64,000 nt of DNA, taken from the NCBI GenBank assembly GCA_964016885.1, contig OZ024762.1, positions 29,016,001 to 29,080,000 of the forward strand, in the 5' to 3' direction. Within the stretch, counting starts at the first letter, position 1. Each line of letters begins with the position of its first letter. The stretch is from Eledone cirrhosa. Its lineage: Eukaryota. Both the position numbers and the translations under genes were made by a program. Shown in pieces: positions 1 to 13,215 of this stretch. Under the pieces are notes generated by a model, which saw only the letters and a program-made list of their open reading frames with translations, was not told the DNA's origin and ran no database searches.

Positions 1-81
1 AGAGTAAATGTAAGCCACAGACTGGTAGCTGCTCTAATGGAGGATGTGCTCCTGGATATGAAGGTGGCAACTGTCAGACAG
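1..81 (+). CDS. Partial EGF-like exon of a multi-EGF (MEGF10/11-like) gene
   Basis: Translates SKCKPQTGSCSNGGCAPGYEGGNCQT and ends in a phase-1 donor G|GTAAGT at 81/82. Confidence 0.85.
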
Positions 82-87
82 GTAAGT

Positions 88-1365
88 GGTGTACTATCAT
101 CATCATAAATATCATCATTGTTATTATCATCATCATCACCACTACCACCACTACCACCACCACTACCACCACCACCACCACTACCACCACCACCAGCTCC
201 ACCACTACCCCCACCACCACCACCACTACCACCACCACTACCACACCACCACCACTACCACCACTACCACCACTACCCCCACCACCACCACCACTACCAC
301 CACTACCACACCACCACCACTACCACCACTACCACCACCACCATCACCACCACCACTACCACCACTGCCATTACCACCCCCACACCACTACTACCACAAA
401 CACTACCACCACCACCACCACCACTACCATCACCACCACCACTACCATCATCACCATCATCACCACCACCACCACTACCACCACTGCCATTACCACCACC
501 ACTACCACCACTGCCATTACCACCACCACTACCACCACTGCCACTACCACCACCACCACCACTACTACCACCACCACCACTACCACCACTGCCACTACCA
601 CGACCACCACCACCACCACTACCTCCACTACCAACACCACCACTACCACCACCACTACCACCACCACCACCTCCACCACCACCACCACTACCACCACTAC
701 CACCACCACCACCACCACCACCACCACTACCACCACCACCACCACTGCCACTACCACCACAACTACCACCACCACCACCACCACCACCACTACAACCACC
801 ATCACCACTACCACCACCAACACTACCACCACCACTACCATCACCACCACCAATGCCACCACCACTACCACCACCACTACCACTACTACCACCACCACCA
901 CTACCACCACTGCCACTACCACGACCACCACCACCACCACTACCTCCACTACCAACACCACCACTACCACCACTACCACCACCACCTCCACCACCACCAC
1001 CACTACCACCACCACCACTACCACCACCACCAGCACTACCACCACCACCACTACCACCACCACCAGCACTACCACCACCACCACTACCACCACCACCACT
1101 ACCACTACTACCACCACCACCACCACCACAACCATCACCAACACTACCACCACCATCACCACTACCACTACCACCACTGCCACTACCACTACCACCACTG
1201 CCATTACCACCACCACCCTACCACCACTACCACCACCACCACCACTGCCACTACCGCCACCACCACCACATCCACTACCGCCACCACCACCACCACATCG
1301 ACCACCACCACCACTACCACCACCACCATCACCACCACCTCCACTACCACCACCACCACCACTAT
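88..1365. repeat. (CAC/CAT/CTA)n trinucleotide microsatellite
   Basis: Continuous ACC/CAC repeats; the poly-His/Pro/Thr ORFs here are artefacts. Confidence 0.97.
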
Positions 1366-1414
1366 TGTTGATGATGGTTGCTGTTGTAGTTATTGATGTT
1401 TACTGTTATTCTTG

Positions 1415-2900
1415 TACATTCTCTACATTTCACATCTCACACAATTCACATCTATATTTCACATTATACAATCCACACCTTTACATTTCACATATCCTAC
1501 ATTTCACATCACCTACATTTCACATCTCTTACATTTCACATCCTTACATTTCACATCTCCTGCATTTCACATCTCCTACATTTCACATCTCCTACATTTC
1601 ACATCTCCTACATTTCACATCTCTTACATTTCACATCTACATTTCACATCTACATTTCACATCTCCTACATTTCACATCTCTTACATTTCACATCTCCTA
1701 CATTTCACATCTCTTACATTTCACATCCTTACATTTCACATCTCCTACATTTCACATCTCCTACATTTCACATCTACATTTCACATCTCCTACATTTCAC
1801 ATCACCTACATTTCACATCTCTTACATTTCACATCCTTACATTTCACATCTCTTACATTTCACATCTCCTACATTTCACATCTCCTACATTTCACATCTC
1901 CTACATTTAACATCTCCTACATTTCACATCTCTTACATTTCACATCTCCTACATTTCACATCTCTTACATTTCACATCTCTTACATTTCACATCTCCTAC
2001 ATTTCACATCTCTTACATTTCACATCTCCTACAGTTCACATCTCCTACATTTCACATCTCTTACATTTCACATCTCCTACATTTCACATCTCTTACATTT
2101 CACATCTCTTACATTTCACATATCTTACATTTCACATCCTTACATTTCACATCACCTACAGTTCACATCTCCTACATTTCACATCTCTTACATTTCACAT
2201 CTCTTACATTTCACATATCTTACATTTCACATCCTTACATTTCACATCACCTACATTTCACATCTCCTACATTTCACATCTCTTACATTTCACATCTCCT
2301 ACATTTCACATCTCTTACATTTCACATCCTTTCATTTCACATCTCCTACATTTCACATCCTTACATTTCACATCTCCTACATTTCACATCTCTTACATTT
2401 CATATCTCTTACATTTCACATCTCTTACATTTCACATCTCTTACATTTCACATCTCTTACATTTCACATATCTTACATTTCACATCTCTTACATTTCACA
2501 TCTCCTACATTTCACATCTCCTACATTTCATATCTACTACATTTTACATCTCCTTACATTTCACATCTCCTACATTTCACATCCTTACATTTCACATCTC
2601 CTACATTTCACATCTCTTACATTTCACATCTCTTACATTTCACATCTCTTACATTTCATATCTACTACATTTCACATCTCCTACATTTCACATCTCCTAC
2701 ATTTCACATCTCCTACATTCCTCATCCCTACATTTCACATCCTTACATTTCACATCTCCTACATTCCTCATCCCTACATTTCACATCTCCTACATTCCCC
2801 ATCCCTACATTTTACACCCACTACATTTCATATTCCTACATTTCCCATCCCATACATTTCACAACTCATACATTGTATATCACATACATTTCACATCTCA
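1415..2900. repeat. 16-bp minisatellite (ATTTCACATCTCCTAC) with shorter variants
   Basis: Directly visible tandem units, degenerating at both edges. Confidence 0.95.
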
Positions 2901-2941
2901 TTCCATCTAACTTCTATATTCTTCATATTTAATGTACCCAG

Positions 2942-3079
2942 AGTGTAGAAGTGGTAAATTTGGTGACAACTGTATTAACTCATGTCACTGTGCCAACAAC
3001 AGCAAGTGTGACCCCATCACAGGTGTATGTTCCAGTGGTGGCTGTGAAGCTGGCTATCAAGGTAGCAATTGTCAGACAG
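2942..3079 (+). CDS. 138-bp EGF-like exon, phase 1-1
   Basis: CAG acceptor at 2939-2941 and GT donor at 3080; ECRSGKFGDNCINSCHCANNSKCDPITGVCSSGGCEAGYQGSNCQT has 8-Cys laminin/MEGF spacing. Confidence 0.9.
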
Positions 3080-3806
3080 GTGTCATTCAGTAGATCTTCT
3101 ATGCTATTTGTATGTCTAGGTGAGCATATGGCACTTCAAAGTGAGATTCCAAACTTACCAAGGAAAGAGTGACATGAAAAGACCGAGGCTCCTTTGGGGT
3201 GCATTTTTGTCAGAGGCCAGTTAAACCTACATAGGTAGAGCTGTAACAACATGATAGGCCTCGGGGCCTTATTATTAAAACACCCAGAATATTTCCTATG
3301 GAGTGCATCCTTGTAGGGGGCCAGCCAAACCTACATAAATGTGAGCTGTAACAACAACATGATAGGCATGGTGTCCTTACCATTGAAACACCCAGAATAC
3401 TTCCTATGGGGTGACAACCTCATAGGAGGCCGACTAACCCTATAAAGGTGCTTGTTTAAAAAAAATAAAACTTGACTATAAACCAAATGGATACACCATT
3501 TTTTCTCTACTTCACTGATACTCTCCCCATGTGCCTTCTCCTCCTGCTTTCCACCACTACTATATTGGACTCTGTTCCTCGGAGTATTCTAGGTTCATGC
3601 CACCTCCACTCAGACATTTTCAACTGACTCCTCTCTCTTCTTTTCGTCCCACATTTTGTATCCACTTGGTGCCACCCTAATTAGTACAACCTCTCAAGAA
3701 CTGGTGCACCCAGGCCCCTCAGTAAAGTGGTTGGTTACAAGAGGAATACCCAACCAGTAAAACCAAGCCAAACCTATGTAAAGCACAAATGTACCAATGT
3801 TTTTAA

Positions 3807-4021
3807 TTAACCCTTTCGTGTTCAAACCGGCCCAAACCGGCCAGAATTCTCTACCTCTTTCTGTTGATATTGGCTGTAACTGGTCGCTCAAACTGATGTG
3901 AAGGTATTGTTCTCAAAATAAATACTTTCAAAATCTCATAGATTCGATATTATGTGAGATAAAGCCTTTACCATGAAAATACAATATTATATATAGAGTA
4001 ATGTGAATGGTAAAGGGTTAA
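3807..4021 (-). mobile_element. piggyBac-type MITE, about 210 bp
   Basis: TTAA-CCCTTT ... AAAGGG-TTAA termini; same family as the copies at 14909, 22646, 22908, 38297, 41884 and 42397/54552. Confidence 0.85.
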
Positions 4022-4434
4022 TAATGATTTCTTAATTTTGGAGTAAAGAGAAAGTCAGTTGATTATATCTACCCCAGTATTTAACTGGTACATTATTTTA
4101 TCAAGCTTGTAAAAATGACATTCAAGTTTGACCTGAGCAAGATTTGAACTCAGAACTCAGAAGTTCTGCAAAGCATTTCATCCAACAAACACTCCAACAG
4201 TTCTTCCCATTTCTTTCCCTTTTACAACAAAAGGATGACATTGTTCATCTAGAAAACACACGTGGTGTTTATGAGGCTGTTTGCTGGCAAACAAACTGAA
4301 TATTAATGATATTATAATACTATTATAACATTATTGTTATCCAGTGTATTACTAATAAAGTACCAGTAATACACTGGGATAATTGCTAGCCTTGTGCAAA
4401 AAGTAGAAATAATTATTATTGAATCGCGAGGGTG

Positions 4435-4620
4435 GTGGATTGGCAGTATCGGTAGAGCGTCGGATGCCATGCTTTGCAGCATAGAGTTATGGTTCTTTAC
4501 GGTCTGAGTTCAAATCCCGCCAAGGTTAACTTTGCCTTTCGTCCTTACGGGGTCGATAAAATAAAGTACCAGTAATGCACTGGGGTAATTGCTGGCCTTG
4601 TGTCAAAAGTCGAAACAATT
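4435..4620 (+). mobile_element. tRNA-derived SINE; upstream partner of the duplication breakpoint
   Basis: A-box-like TGGCAGTATCGG and B-box GAGTTCAAATCC; many dispersed copies (4060-4190, 11357-11505, 13360-13480, 19053-19240, 38400-39290, 41205-41370). Confidence 0.8.
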
Positions 4621-4666
4621 CTTATTCACTCATGAATAAATAATAAATAATAGCTCTATATTTCAG

Positions 4667-4804
4667 AGTGCTCCAGTGGCAAGTTTGGTAAAGATTGTAG
4701 CTATAGCTGTCACTGCTATGACAATAGCACGTGTAACCCTAAATCTGGTACCTGTTCGAGTGGTGGGTGTACACCTGGCTATAAAGGTAACAACTGTCAA
4801 ACAG
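4667..4804 (+). CDS. EGF exon A, copy 1
   Basis: TTTCAG acceptor and GTGAGT donor; ECSSGKFGKDCSYSCHCYDNSTCNPKSGTCSSGGCTPGYKGNNCQT. Confidence 0.9.
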
Positions 4805-5091
4805 GTGAGTGAAATGAAAGAAGCTAATTACTCTGTGCAACATATATGAATTCTTGTTTTATCTCTCAAAACTTTAGGTTGTTCTTTATTAGTCATTCCC
4901 AAAGTGGGATCCATGGAACCCAAGGGTTCTGCAAAGGAATGTCTGGGGTTCCATGAAAAAAAGGTAGAGAAGTTTATTTATATTCAAACCATATAAAAAT
5001 ATGAGACTTTGGGATTCCGCCAGAAGTTTCTGAACCAAAAAGGGTTTGCTTTTTTTTTTATTAACAAACAATGTTTTTGTTTCTTTGAAAG

Positions 5092-5229
5092 TCTGCCAGA
5101 ATGGTAGATTTGGCAGCAACTGTGAAGGTATATGTCACTGTGTAGACAGCAACAAATGTGACTCAGTGACAGGAATATGTTCTGACGGAAGATGTGTTGC
5201 TGGTTTTGAAGGAAGAAACTGCCAAAATG
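5092..5229 (+). CDS. EGF exon B, copy 1
   Basis: AAG acceptor and GTGAGT donor; VCQNGRFGSNCEGICHCVDSNKCDSVTGICSDGRCVAGFEGRNCQN. Confidence 0.9.
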
Positions 5230-6191
5230 GTGAGTAAAACTAAATATCGAATTTCCATTCTTTCTTTTTTTTTTATGGGGGGGGGGGGGGGGGCAGATTT
5301 GTAAATTAAAATAAAAGCTGGTGAATTGACAGTATCTTTTTCAATATCTTTTATTCACCTCTTTATAATATGTAAGGACACTGTCAGTTGTTTACAGTTT
5401 AAACTAGTTATGAGATCAATGAACTGTCATCTCTATCTAACACTAACACAAGTGGTAAAGCTGTTGGATTTACAATCATAATGTTGTGGGTTTGGTTCCT
5501 GGACTTGGCTGTGCATTGCGTTCTTAAGCAAAACATTCTTGCGTAGTATACTCAGTTGAAAATGAGTACCAGCAATTGCTGGGGGATTTTAAATTCCATC
5601 CTGCACAGGACAGGAGTCCTGTGCAGGATGGAATTCTATACTCTCAGTTGCTTCACACCATGGAAACCGAGATAAGCACATTCCACCCTTCTCTCAGGCA
5701 TTGCATAACTAGGACTACACTATTTAATGTGTCCTTTCCTTTTTATCATACTAATCTATAATTTGGCTGTTACTTGTTCTGAGTCTAAAGTTTGTCTCAA
5801 GCCTGGATGCTAATCAGGCCAGTGTTTACCTTGGTTTCCATGGTGTTAAGTGACTGACAGTAAACAATTCCAGCCTGGACAGGACACCAGTCCATTGCAG
5901 AGAAACCCCCCAGCAATTGTTGATACTCATTTCCAACTGAGTATACTGAGTATATAGGCAGTGAATTGGCAGAGTCGTTAGAACATCAGATAGAATGCTT
6001 TGTGGTATTCGTTCCAACTCTCTGCTCTCTGAGTTCAAATCCCGCTGAGGTCAACTTTGCCTTTCATCCTTACGGGGTCGATAAAATAAAGTACCAGTAA
6101 TGCACTGGGGTAATTGCTGGCCTTGTGTCAAAAGTCGAAACAATTCTTATTCACTCATGAATAAATAATAAATAATAGCTCTATATTTCAG

Positions 6192-6329
6192 AGTGCTCCA
6201 GTGGCAAGTTTGGTAAAGATTGTAGCTATAGCTGTCACTGCTATGACAATAGCACGTGTAACCCTAAATCTGGTACCTGTTCGAGTGGTGGGTGTACACC
6301 TGGCTATAAAGGTAACAACTGTCAAACAG
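6192..6329 (+). CDS. EGF exon A, copy 2
   Basis: Same sequence as 4667-4804 with intact splice sites. Confidence 0.88.
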
Positions 6330-6616
6330 GTGAGTGAAATGAAAGAAGCTAATTACTCTGTGCAACATATATGAATTCTTGTTTTATCTCTCAAAACTTT
6401 AGGTTGTTCTTTATTAGTCATTCCCAAAGTGGGATCCATGGAACCCAAGGGTTCTGCAAAGGAATGTCTGGGGTTCCATGAAAAAAAGGTAGAGAAGTAT
6501 ATTTATATTCAAACCATATAAAAATATGAGACTTTGGGATTCCGCCAGAAGTTTCTGAAAAAAAAAGGGTTTGCTTTTTTTTTTATTAACAAACAATGTT
6601 TTTGTTTCTTTGAAAG

Positions 6617-6754
6617 TCTGCCAGAATGGTAGATTTGGCAGCAACTGTGAAGGTATATGTCACTGTGTAGACAGCAACAAATGTGACTCAGTGACAGGAA
6701 TATGTTCTGACGGAAGATGTGTTGCTGGTTTTGAAGGAAGAAACTGCCAAAATG
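6617..6754 (+). CDS. EGF exon B, copy 2
   Basis: Same sequence as 5092-5229 with intact splice sites. Confidence 0.88.
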
Positions 6755-7717
6755 GTGAGTAAAACTAAATATCGAATTTCCATTCTTTCTTTTTTTTTTA
6801 TGGGGGGGGGGGGGGGGGGCAGATTTGTAAATTAAAATAAAAGCTGGTGAATTGACAGTATCTTTTTCAATATCTTTTATTCACCTCTTTATAATATGTA
6901 AGGACACTGTCAGTTGTTTACAGTTTAAACTAGTTATGAGATCAATGAACTGTCATCTCTATCTAACACTAACACAAGTGGTAAAGCTGTTGGATTTACA
7001 ATCATAATGTTGTGGGTTTGGTTCCTGGACTTGGCTGTGCATTGCGTTCTTAAGCAAAACATTCTTGCGTAGTATACTCAGTTGAAAATGAGTACCAGCA
7101 ATTGCTGGGGGATTTTAAATTCCATCCTGCACAGGACAGGAGTCCTGTGCAGGATGGAATTCTATACTCTCAGTTGCTTCACACCATGGAAACCGAGATA
7201 AGCACATTCCACCCTTCTCTCAGGCATTGCATAACTAGGACTACACTATTTAATGTGTCCTTTCCTTTTTATCATACTAATCTATAATTTGGCTGTTACT
7301 TGTTCTGAGTCTAAAGTTTGTCTCAAGCCTGGATGCTAATCAGGCCAGTGTTTACCTTGGTTTCCATGGTGTTAAGTGACTGACAGTAAACAATTCCAGC
7401 CTGGACAGGACACCAGTCCATTGCAGAGAAACCCCCCAGCAATTGTTGATACTCATTTCCAACTGAGTATACTGAGTATATAGGCAGTGAATTGGCAGAG
7501 TCGTTAGAACATCAGATAGAATGCTTTGTGGTATTCGTTCCAACTCTCTGCTCTCTGAGTTCAAATCCCGCTGAGGTCAACTTTGCCTTTCATCCTTACG
7601 GGGTCGATAAAATAAAGTACCAGTAATGCACTGGGGTAATTGCTGGCCTTGTGTCAAAAGTCGAAACAATTCTTATTCACTCATGAATAAATAATAAATA
7701 ATAGCTCTATATTTCAG

Positions 7718-7855
7718 AGTGCTCCAGTGGCAAGTTTGGTAAAGATTGTAGCTATAGCTGTCACTGCTATGACAATAGCACGTGTAACCCTAAATCTGGT
7801 ACCTGTTCGAGTGGTGGGTGTACACCTGGCTATAAAGGTAACAACTGTCAAACAG
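7718..7855 (+). CDS. EGF exon A, copy 3
   Basis: Same sequence as 4667-4804 with intact splice sites. Confidence 0.88.
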
Positions 7856-8142
7856 GTGAGTGAAATGAAAGAAGCTAATTACTCTGTGCAACATATATGA
7901 ATTCTTGTTTTATCTCTCAAAACTTTAGGTTGTTCTTTATTAGTCATTCCCAAAGTGGGATCCATGGAACCCAAGGGTTCTGCAAAGGAATGTCTGGGGT
8001 TCCATGAAAAAAAGGTAGAGAAGTATATTTATATTCAAACCATATAAAAATATGAGACTTTGGGATTCCGCCAGAAGTTTCTGAAAAAAAAAGGGTTTGC
8101 TTTTTTTTTTATTAACAAACAATGTTTTTGTTTCTTTGAAAG

Positions 8143-10615
8143 TCTGCCAGAATGGTAGATTTGGCAGCAACTGTGAAGGTATATGTCACTGTGTAGACAG
8201 CAACAAATGTGACTCAGTGACAGGAATATGTTCTGACGGAAGATGTGTTGCTGGTTTTATAATAATAATGAAATTATTGTGTACAGTGCTCAGGTGCACT
8301 ACAACTCATCAAAGGTGCATGTATAGTACATAGAATAATGTACAAATGTCAGGAAAATAAACAGTGTATGAGTCATGATATAATAACAATAACAATAATG
8401 AAATATTGTGCACAGTGCCCAGGTGCCCCACAACCCATCAAAAAAGTGCATGTACAGTACATAGGGCAATGCACAAACATCAGTAAAATGAACAGTGCAC
8501 GAGTCATGATACACACATGTGTGCATGTGTATGGAAGGGGCACATCAGGTGTAGTTTTGGCGTATTTCGGGAAGCATGAGTGTCTTAAAGGATGCAGTGT
8601 CTCGGCAGCTAACAATTGACGCAGGCAGTTTGTTCCATGCTTCAGCAACTCTGAGCGTGAAAAAATGTCTGCGAAAGTCATGGGAGCTGTGCTGTTTTCT
8701 TATCTTGTAGGCATGTCCACGTGTGTTAGACACATGGAGATCAAAGAGGCGCTCAGGGTTGCAGTTGGCGAGATGGTTAAAAACTTTGTGGGTATTCACC
8801 AAGTCCATTGCCAGACGTCGGAGCTTCAATGAATCCATGCCCAGGGAAGCAAGGCGTTCAGAGTATGGTAGGTGTCTGATGGAGAGTATGCGCTTGGTTG
8901 CACGTCTCTGAACAGTTTCCAGGAGGTCAATGTTCCGAGCAAGATAGGGGTTCCAGACTGATGATGCGAATTCCAAGTGTGGTCGCACCATAGCTGTATA
9001 CAGTTTTAAATAGATGGCTGGAGAGCGGCTAACAAAGATCCTGCTGAGTGATGCCAAGACACCCTCGGCCTTCTTGACAATCTTAGAGACATGCTTTGTC
9101 CAACGGAAATCGTTGCTGACAGTAATGCCCAGGTCACGTTCACAAGAGGACTTTTTGATGTCAGTGTTGTGGAGGGAGTATGTGGACGCTGGATTTTTCC
9201 TTCCAAAATGCATGGTGGTACACTTGTCCACAGCCAGCTTCAGTTGCCAGTCTGTGATCCATTGCTGCATTGTGTCCAGGTCTGATTGTAGGAAAGAGTT
9301 GTAAATTTCAGGATCAGTCCTTTTGATTTCAAGGTACAGCTTGATGTCATCTGCATATTTTAGTACCGTGGCATTCTGTAAGTTGGCATCTATGTCATTA
9401 ATATATGCCACAAACAAAAGAGGACCAAGAACAGATCCCTGTGGTACACCAGATGACATCTCATATGGTGAAGAATGCTGTCCTAGAACCGTGACTACTT
9501 CCTTTCGGCTGAGAATGAAGGATTTCAGCCAGTCGAAAAGATCATCCCTCACACCCATTGCAGAGAGTTTTGCCATAAGTCTTTTGTGTGGCACAGAATT
9601 AAAAGCCTTAGCAAAGTCAAGATAAACAAAATCCACCCATGAGCCGCTGTCAGTGATCCGGGTGATGTCCTCAAGGAACTCGATAAGCTGATCACAGCAG
9701 CTGGAGTTAGGGATAAATCCAAACTGTGAGGGCCGGATGAGGCTGTGAGAGCTCCAGAAGTTCCAAAGTGTTTCTCTGACACAGGATTCCATCAGTTTGG
9801 CCATACAGCTAGTAAGACTGACTGGACGATAGTTGACAGGTGACATGCGGTTGCCCTTTTTGAACAGGGGAATGACAGTTTTCCACTGCTCCGGAGTAGC
9901 ACCATTGCTGAGACAGTATTGAAAGAAAAAAGAAAGCTGGCGCAAAAGGAAATCCCCGCCACGTTTGAGAAGCAGGTATGTCACACCATCAAGACCAGAG
10001 GAGGCATAGTTGCGCTTATTCTTAAGGTGACGTCGCAACATTGCAGGTGTAAATTCCATAGTTGTTATGGAATTTGATGTTAGAGATGGTGAAGATGGTA
10101 CATTCTGGTTTTCAACAGTAAAAATACTTGCATAGCACTCAGCAATGAGTTCTGCGCATTCCTTGGGATCGTCAGTGATCTGGCTTGTGTGGGGATTGCG
10201 AAGAGGACCAACTGGAGAGTGAGGTCTCTGCTTTGAATGAACATATTTCCAGAACACCTTACTGTCAGGATTGGTTGCGATGCACTGTTCAAATTCAAGC
10301 ACTGCCTTCTTTGTCACTTGCTTGAGATGGTTAGAAGATTTATTCCACTTTTTTCTGTTGGCATCTGATCTATGCAGTTAATATTCCCGTTCAGCATTCC
10401 GACGTTCTTTCCTGGCAAGTCGGACCGCTGAAGTTTCCCAGATTGCACTTTTGGGGTGGTTATTTTTCCGCTTCTGTGGCACTGATGCTGCACACGCTAT
10501 CCATATTGAGTCCAGGATGCTCTGGAGTATAGAGTTCACATCTCCAGAGTTATACATCTCATGCCAGTTTGGGCGCTGTAGCTCAGTGCAGTACAAGGAA
10601 GAAACTGCCAAAATG
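8143..10615 (+). pseudogene. EGF exon B, copy 3, disrupted by a LINE (pieces 8143-8258 and 10595-10615)
   Basis: The exon stops after GCTGGTTTT and resumes at AAGGAAGAAACTGCCAAAATG|GTGAG about 2.3 kb later. Confidence 0.92.
8259..10594 (-). mobile_element. 5'-truncated CR1-group LINE (RT region, 3' UTR, (ATT)n tail)
   Basis: ORF 8545-10317 carries NYRPVSLTS, YLDFAKAF, GVPQGSVLGP, YADD and a CR1-type C-terminus (TRGH, WNKLP); in-frame stop at 10378-10380. Confidence 0.92.
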
Positions 10616-12086
10616 GTGAGTAAAACTAAATATCGAATTTCCATTCTTTCTTTTCTTTTTATGGGAGTGAGGGGGGGGGGGGCAGATTTGTAAATTAAAA
10701 TAAAAGCTGGTGAATTGACAGTATCTTTTTCAATATCTTTTATTCACCTCTTTATAATATGTAAGGACACTGTGTCAGTTGTTTACAGTTTAAACTAGTT
10801 ATGAGATCAATGAACTGTCATCTCTATCTAACACTAACACAAGTGGTAAAGCTGTTGGATTTACAATCATAATGTTGTGGGTTTGATTCCTGGACTTGGA
10901 TGTGCATTGCGTTCTTAAGCAAAACATTCTTGCGTAGTATACTCAGTTGAAAATGAGTACCAGCAATTGCTGGGGGATTTTAAATTCCATCCTGCACAGG
11001 ACAGGTGTCCTGTGCAGGATGGAATTCTGTACTCTCAGTTGCTTCACACCATGGAAACCGAGATAAGCACATTCCACCCTTCTCTCAGGCATTGCATAAC
11101 TAGGACTACACTATTTAATGTGTCCTTTCCTTTTTATCATACTAATCTATAATTTGGCTGTTACTTGTTCTGAGTCTAAAGTCTGTCTCAAGCCTGGATG
11201 CTAATCAGGCCAGTGTTTACCTTGGTTTCCATGGTGTTAAGTGACTGACAGTAAACAATTCCAGCCTGGACAGGACACCAGTTCATTGCAGAGAAAACCC
11301 CCCAGCAATTGTTGATACTCATTTCCAACTGAGTATACTGAGTATATAGGCAGTGAATTGGCAGAGTCGTTAGAACATCAGATAGAATGCTTTGTGGTAT
11401 TCGTTCCAACTCTCTGCTCTCTGAGTTCAAATCCCGCTGAGGTCAACTTTGCCTTTCATCCTTTTGATGTCAATAAAAAAGTACCAGTCTAGTACTGGGG
11501 TCGATTCTTCTTCTATATCTCTTTCTCATTTCCTCTCTCTCACTTTCTATCTTTCTCTGGAAGAAATCTGCTGTATTCAGGCCTGGACAGGGATGGGCTC
11601 CGCCTGACTTAAAATACCCAAGAAATGATGTCTGTTAATACGGCACCTCTACGACTCTGTCAGGAGTTACAGGACCATACATACATACTGAGTATAATGT
11701 TTTGCTCAAGAACATAACACACAACCCAGTCCAAGAATGAAACCCAGAACATGATTGTAAGTTTAACACCATTTACACTTGTGTTAGTGTTAAATAGAGC
11801 ATGAAAGTTTATTAGCTTTGTTGCAATTAGTTGAGACACAAAATAACTGGCACAGTGTCCTTTCCTATTGTAAGAGGTGAATAAAAGAGTTCACACACAC
11901 ATACACATAAACATACTCTCACACTCTAAAACACACAAACACACTCACACACATACTCTTTCACACTCTTAAATGCTCAAATGTACTCACACACTAAAAC
12001 ACACAAACACACTCACATTAAAACACACAAATGCACTCACTCACACACACTTAAACACAGTAATGTAAATGTTAAATAGATTAAGG

Positions 12087-12379
12087 CAGTCATGGGTAAC
12101 CTGCGGCCCACAAAGCTTTCTAAATGACTCACCTAAATCACCTAAGTGAAATCTTTCTGATTTTTTTACCCCAACTTTTCAGTCGTAATTTATCTTTCTA
12201 TAATTTTTAACGATTGAGGAAAACAACGTGTACGAATTCTGAAGAAACAAATCAAAACAACCTGAGTTATCACCCTTTTTTTTTAATGTGGGCACAAATG
12301 TAAATTAGCGCTTGCGGCCTCCCTGATGATGAGCCATATCTCATGCAGCCCGCTTCTCGAAAAAGGTTGCCCATGCCTG
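12087..12379. mobile_element. Non-autonomous hAT-like DNA transposon
   Basis: TIRs CAGTCATGGGTAACCT / AGGTTGCCCATGCCTG; imperfect 8-bp flanks GATTAAGG / GGTTAATG. Confidence 0.6.
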
Positions 12380-12949
12380 GGTTAATGGCTGAAACCCTTG
12401 CATGAGGTGAGAGGGTGGTTCTTCTCTGGTGACCTTCTCCTGTCCAACTTTCTTGAGAGTTTCTGACCACATAATACTACATAGTACGGCATAAATACTG
12501 TTACAAAATAAAATGCTTATAACTCCTTCAATATTTATTGTACCTAGCTACAATTGTGGCACAATGTAATTAATAAAATGTTTATTAACACCATGAAATC
12601 TTATTTGATATGCTTTCCTTTTGTTCTCACATCTCGAGATCATCTTTACATAGCCTCCTCATGGATCTCTCTGAAATTTCGGTCTCTTTCACCATTTTTC
12701 TCATGAATCTTTTTGGCTTACATCTGATTTTCTCATGCATGTATTTGATTAGTTTTGGTGTTCAGAAGGTGCTAGGACGTCCTGATCTTGGCTTTTGTTG
12801 AGGAAGTTTCTTTGAAGTGATCAATGGTCCTTTTTATGAGCATTCTGTTAATTTCAAGCTGTTTTCCAGTTATAAAAATCTGAGGTGGAGTCTACTTTTT
12901 TTCATGCTGTCCAATTATGAATTTTCCTTTCAATTCTAAGGACATTTAA

Positions 12950-13215
12950 ATAATAATAATAATGAAATTATTGTGTACACTGCTCAGGTGCATATATAGT
13001 ACATAGAATAATGTATAAAGGTCAGGAAAGTGAACAGTGTATGAGTCATGAAATACACACACATGCATGCGTGTGTATGGAAGGGGGATATCAGGTGTAG
13101 TGTTGGCGAATTTCAGGAAGCATGGAGGTTTTAAAGGATGTAGTGTCCCAGTAGCTAACAACTGATGCAGGTAATTTGTTCCATGCTTCAGCAACTCTGA
13201 ACATGAAAAAATGTG
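12950..13215 (-). mobile_element. 3' fragment of the same CR1-group LINE family
   Basis: Aligns with 8259-8670, including the (AAT)n tail. Confidence 0.85.

Larger units (their letters stand above)
4542..11463 (+). repeat. Three near-identical 1525/1526-bp tandem units, each with EGF exons A and B; the third unit is split by a LINE
   Basis: Identical sequence recurs at offsets of 1525 and 1526; breakpoints lie inside SINEs at 4542, 6067, 7593 and 11459. Confidence 0.95.

Noticed and set aside
86-2932. Long His/Pro/Val-rich and FHISYISH ORFs
   Set aside because: They are translations of micro- and minisatellites inside an intron.
4435-4530. tRNA gene
   Set aside because: A/B-box-like motifs are present, but there is no cloverleaf and many diverged copies exist; this is a SINE head.
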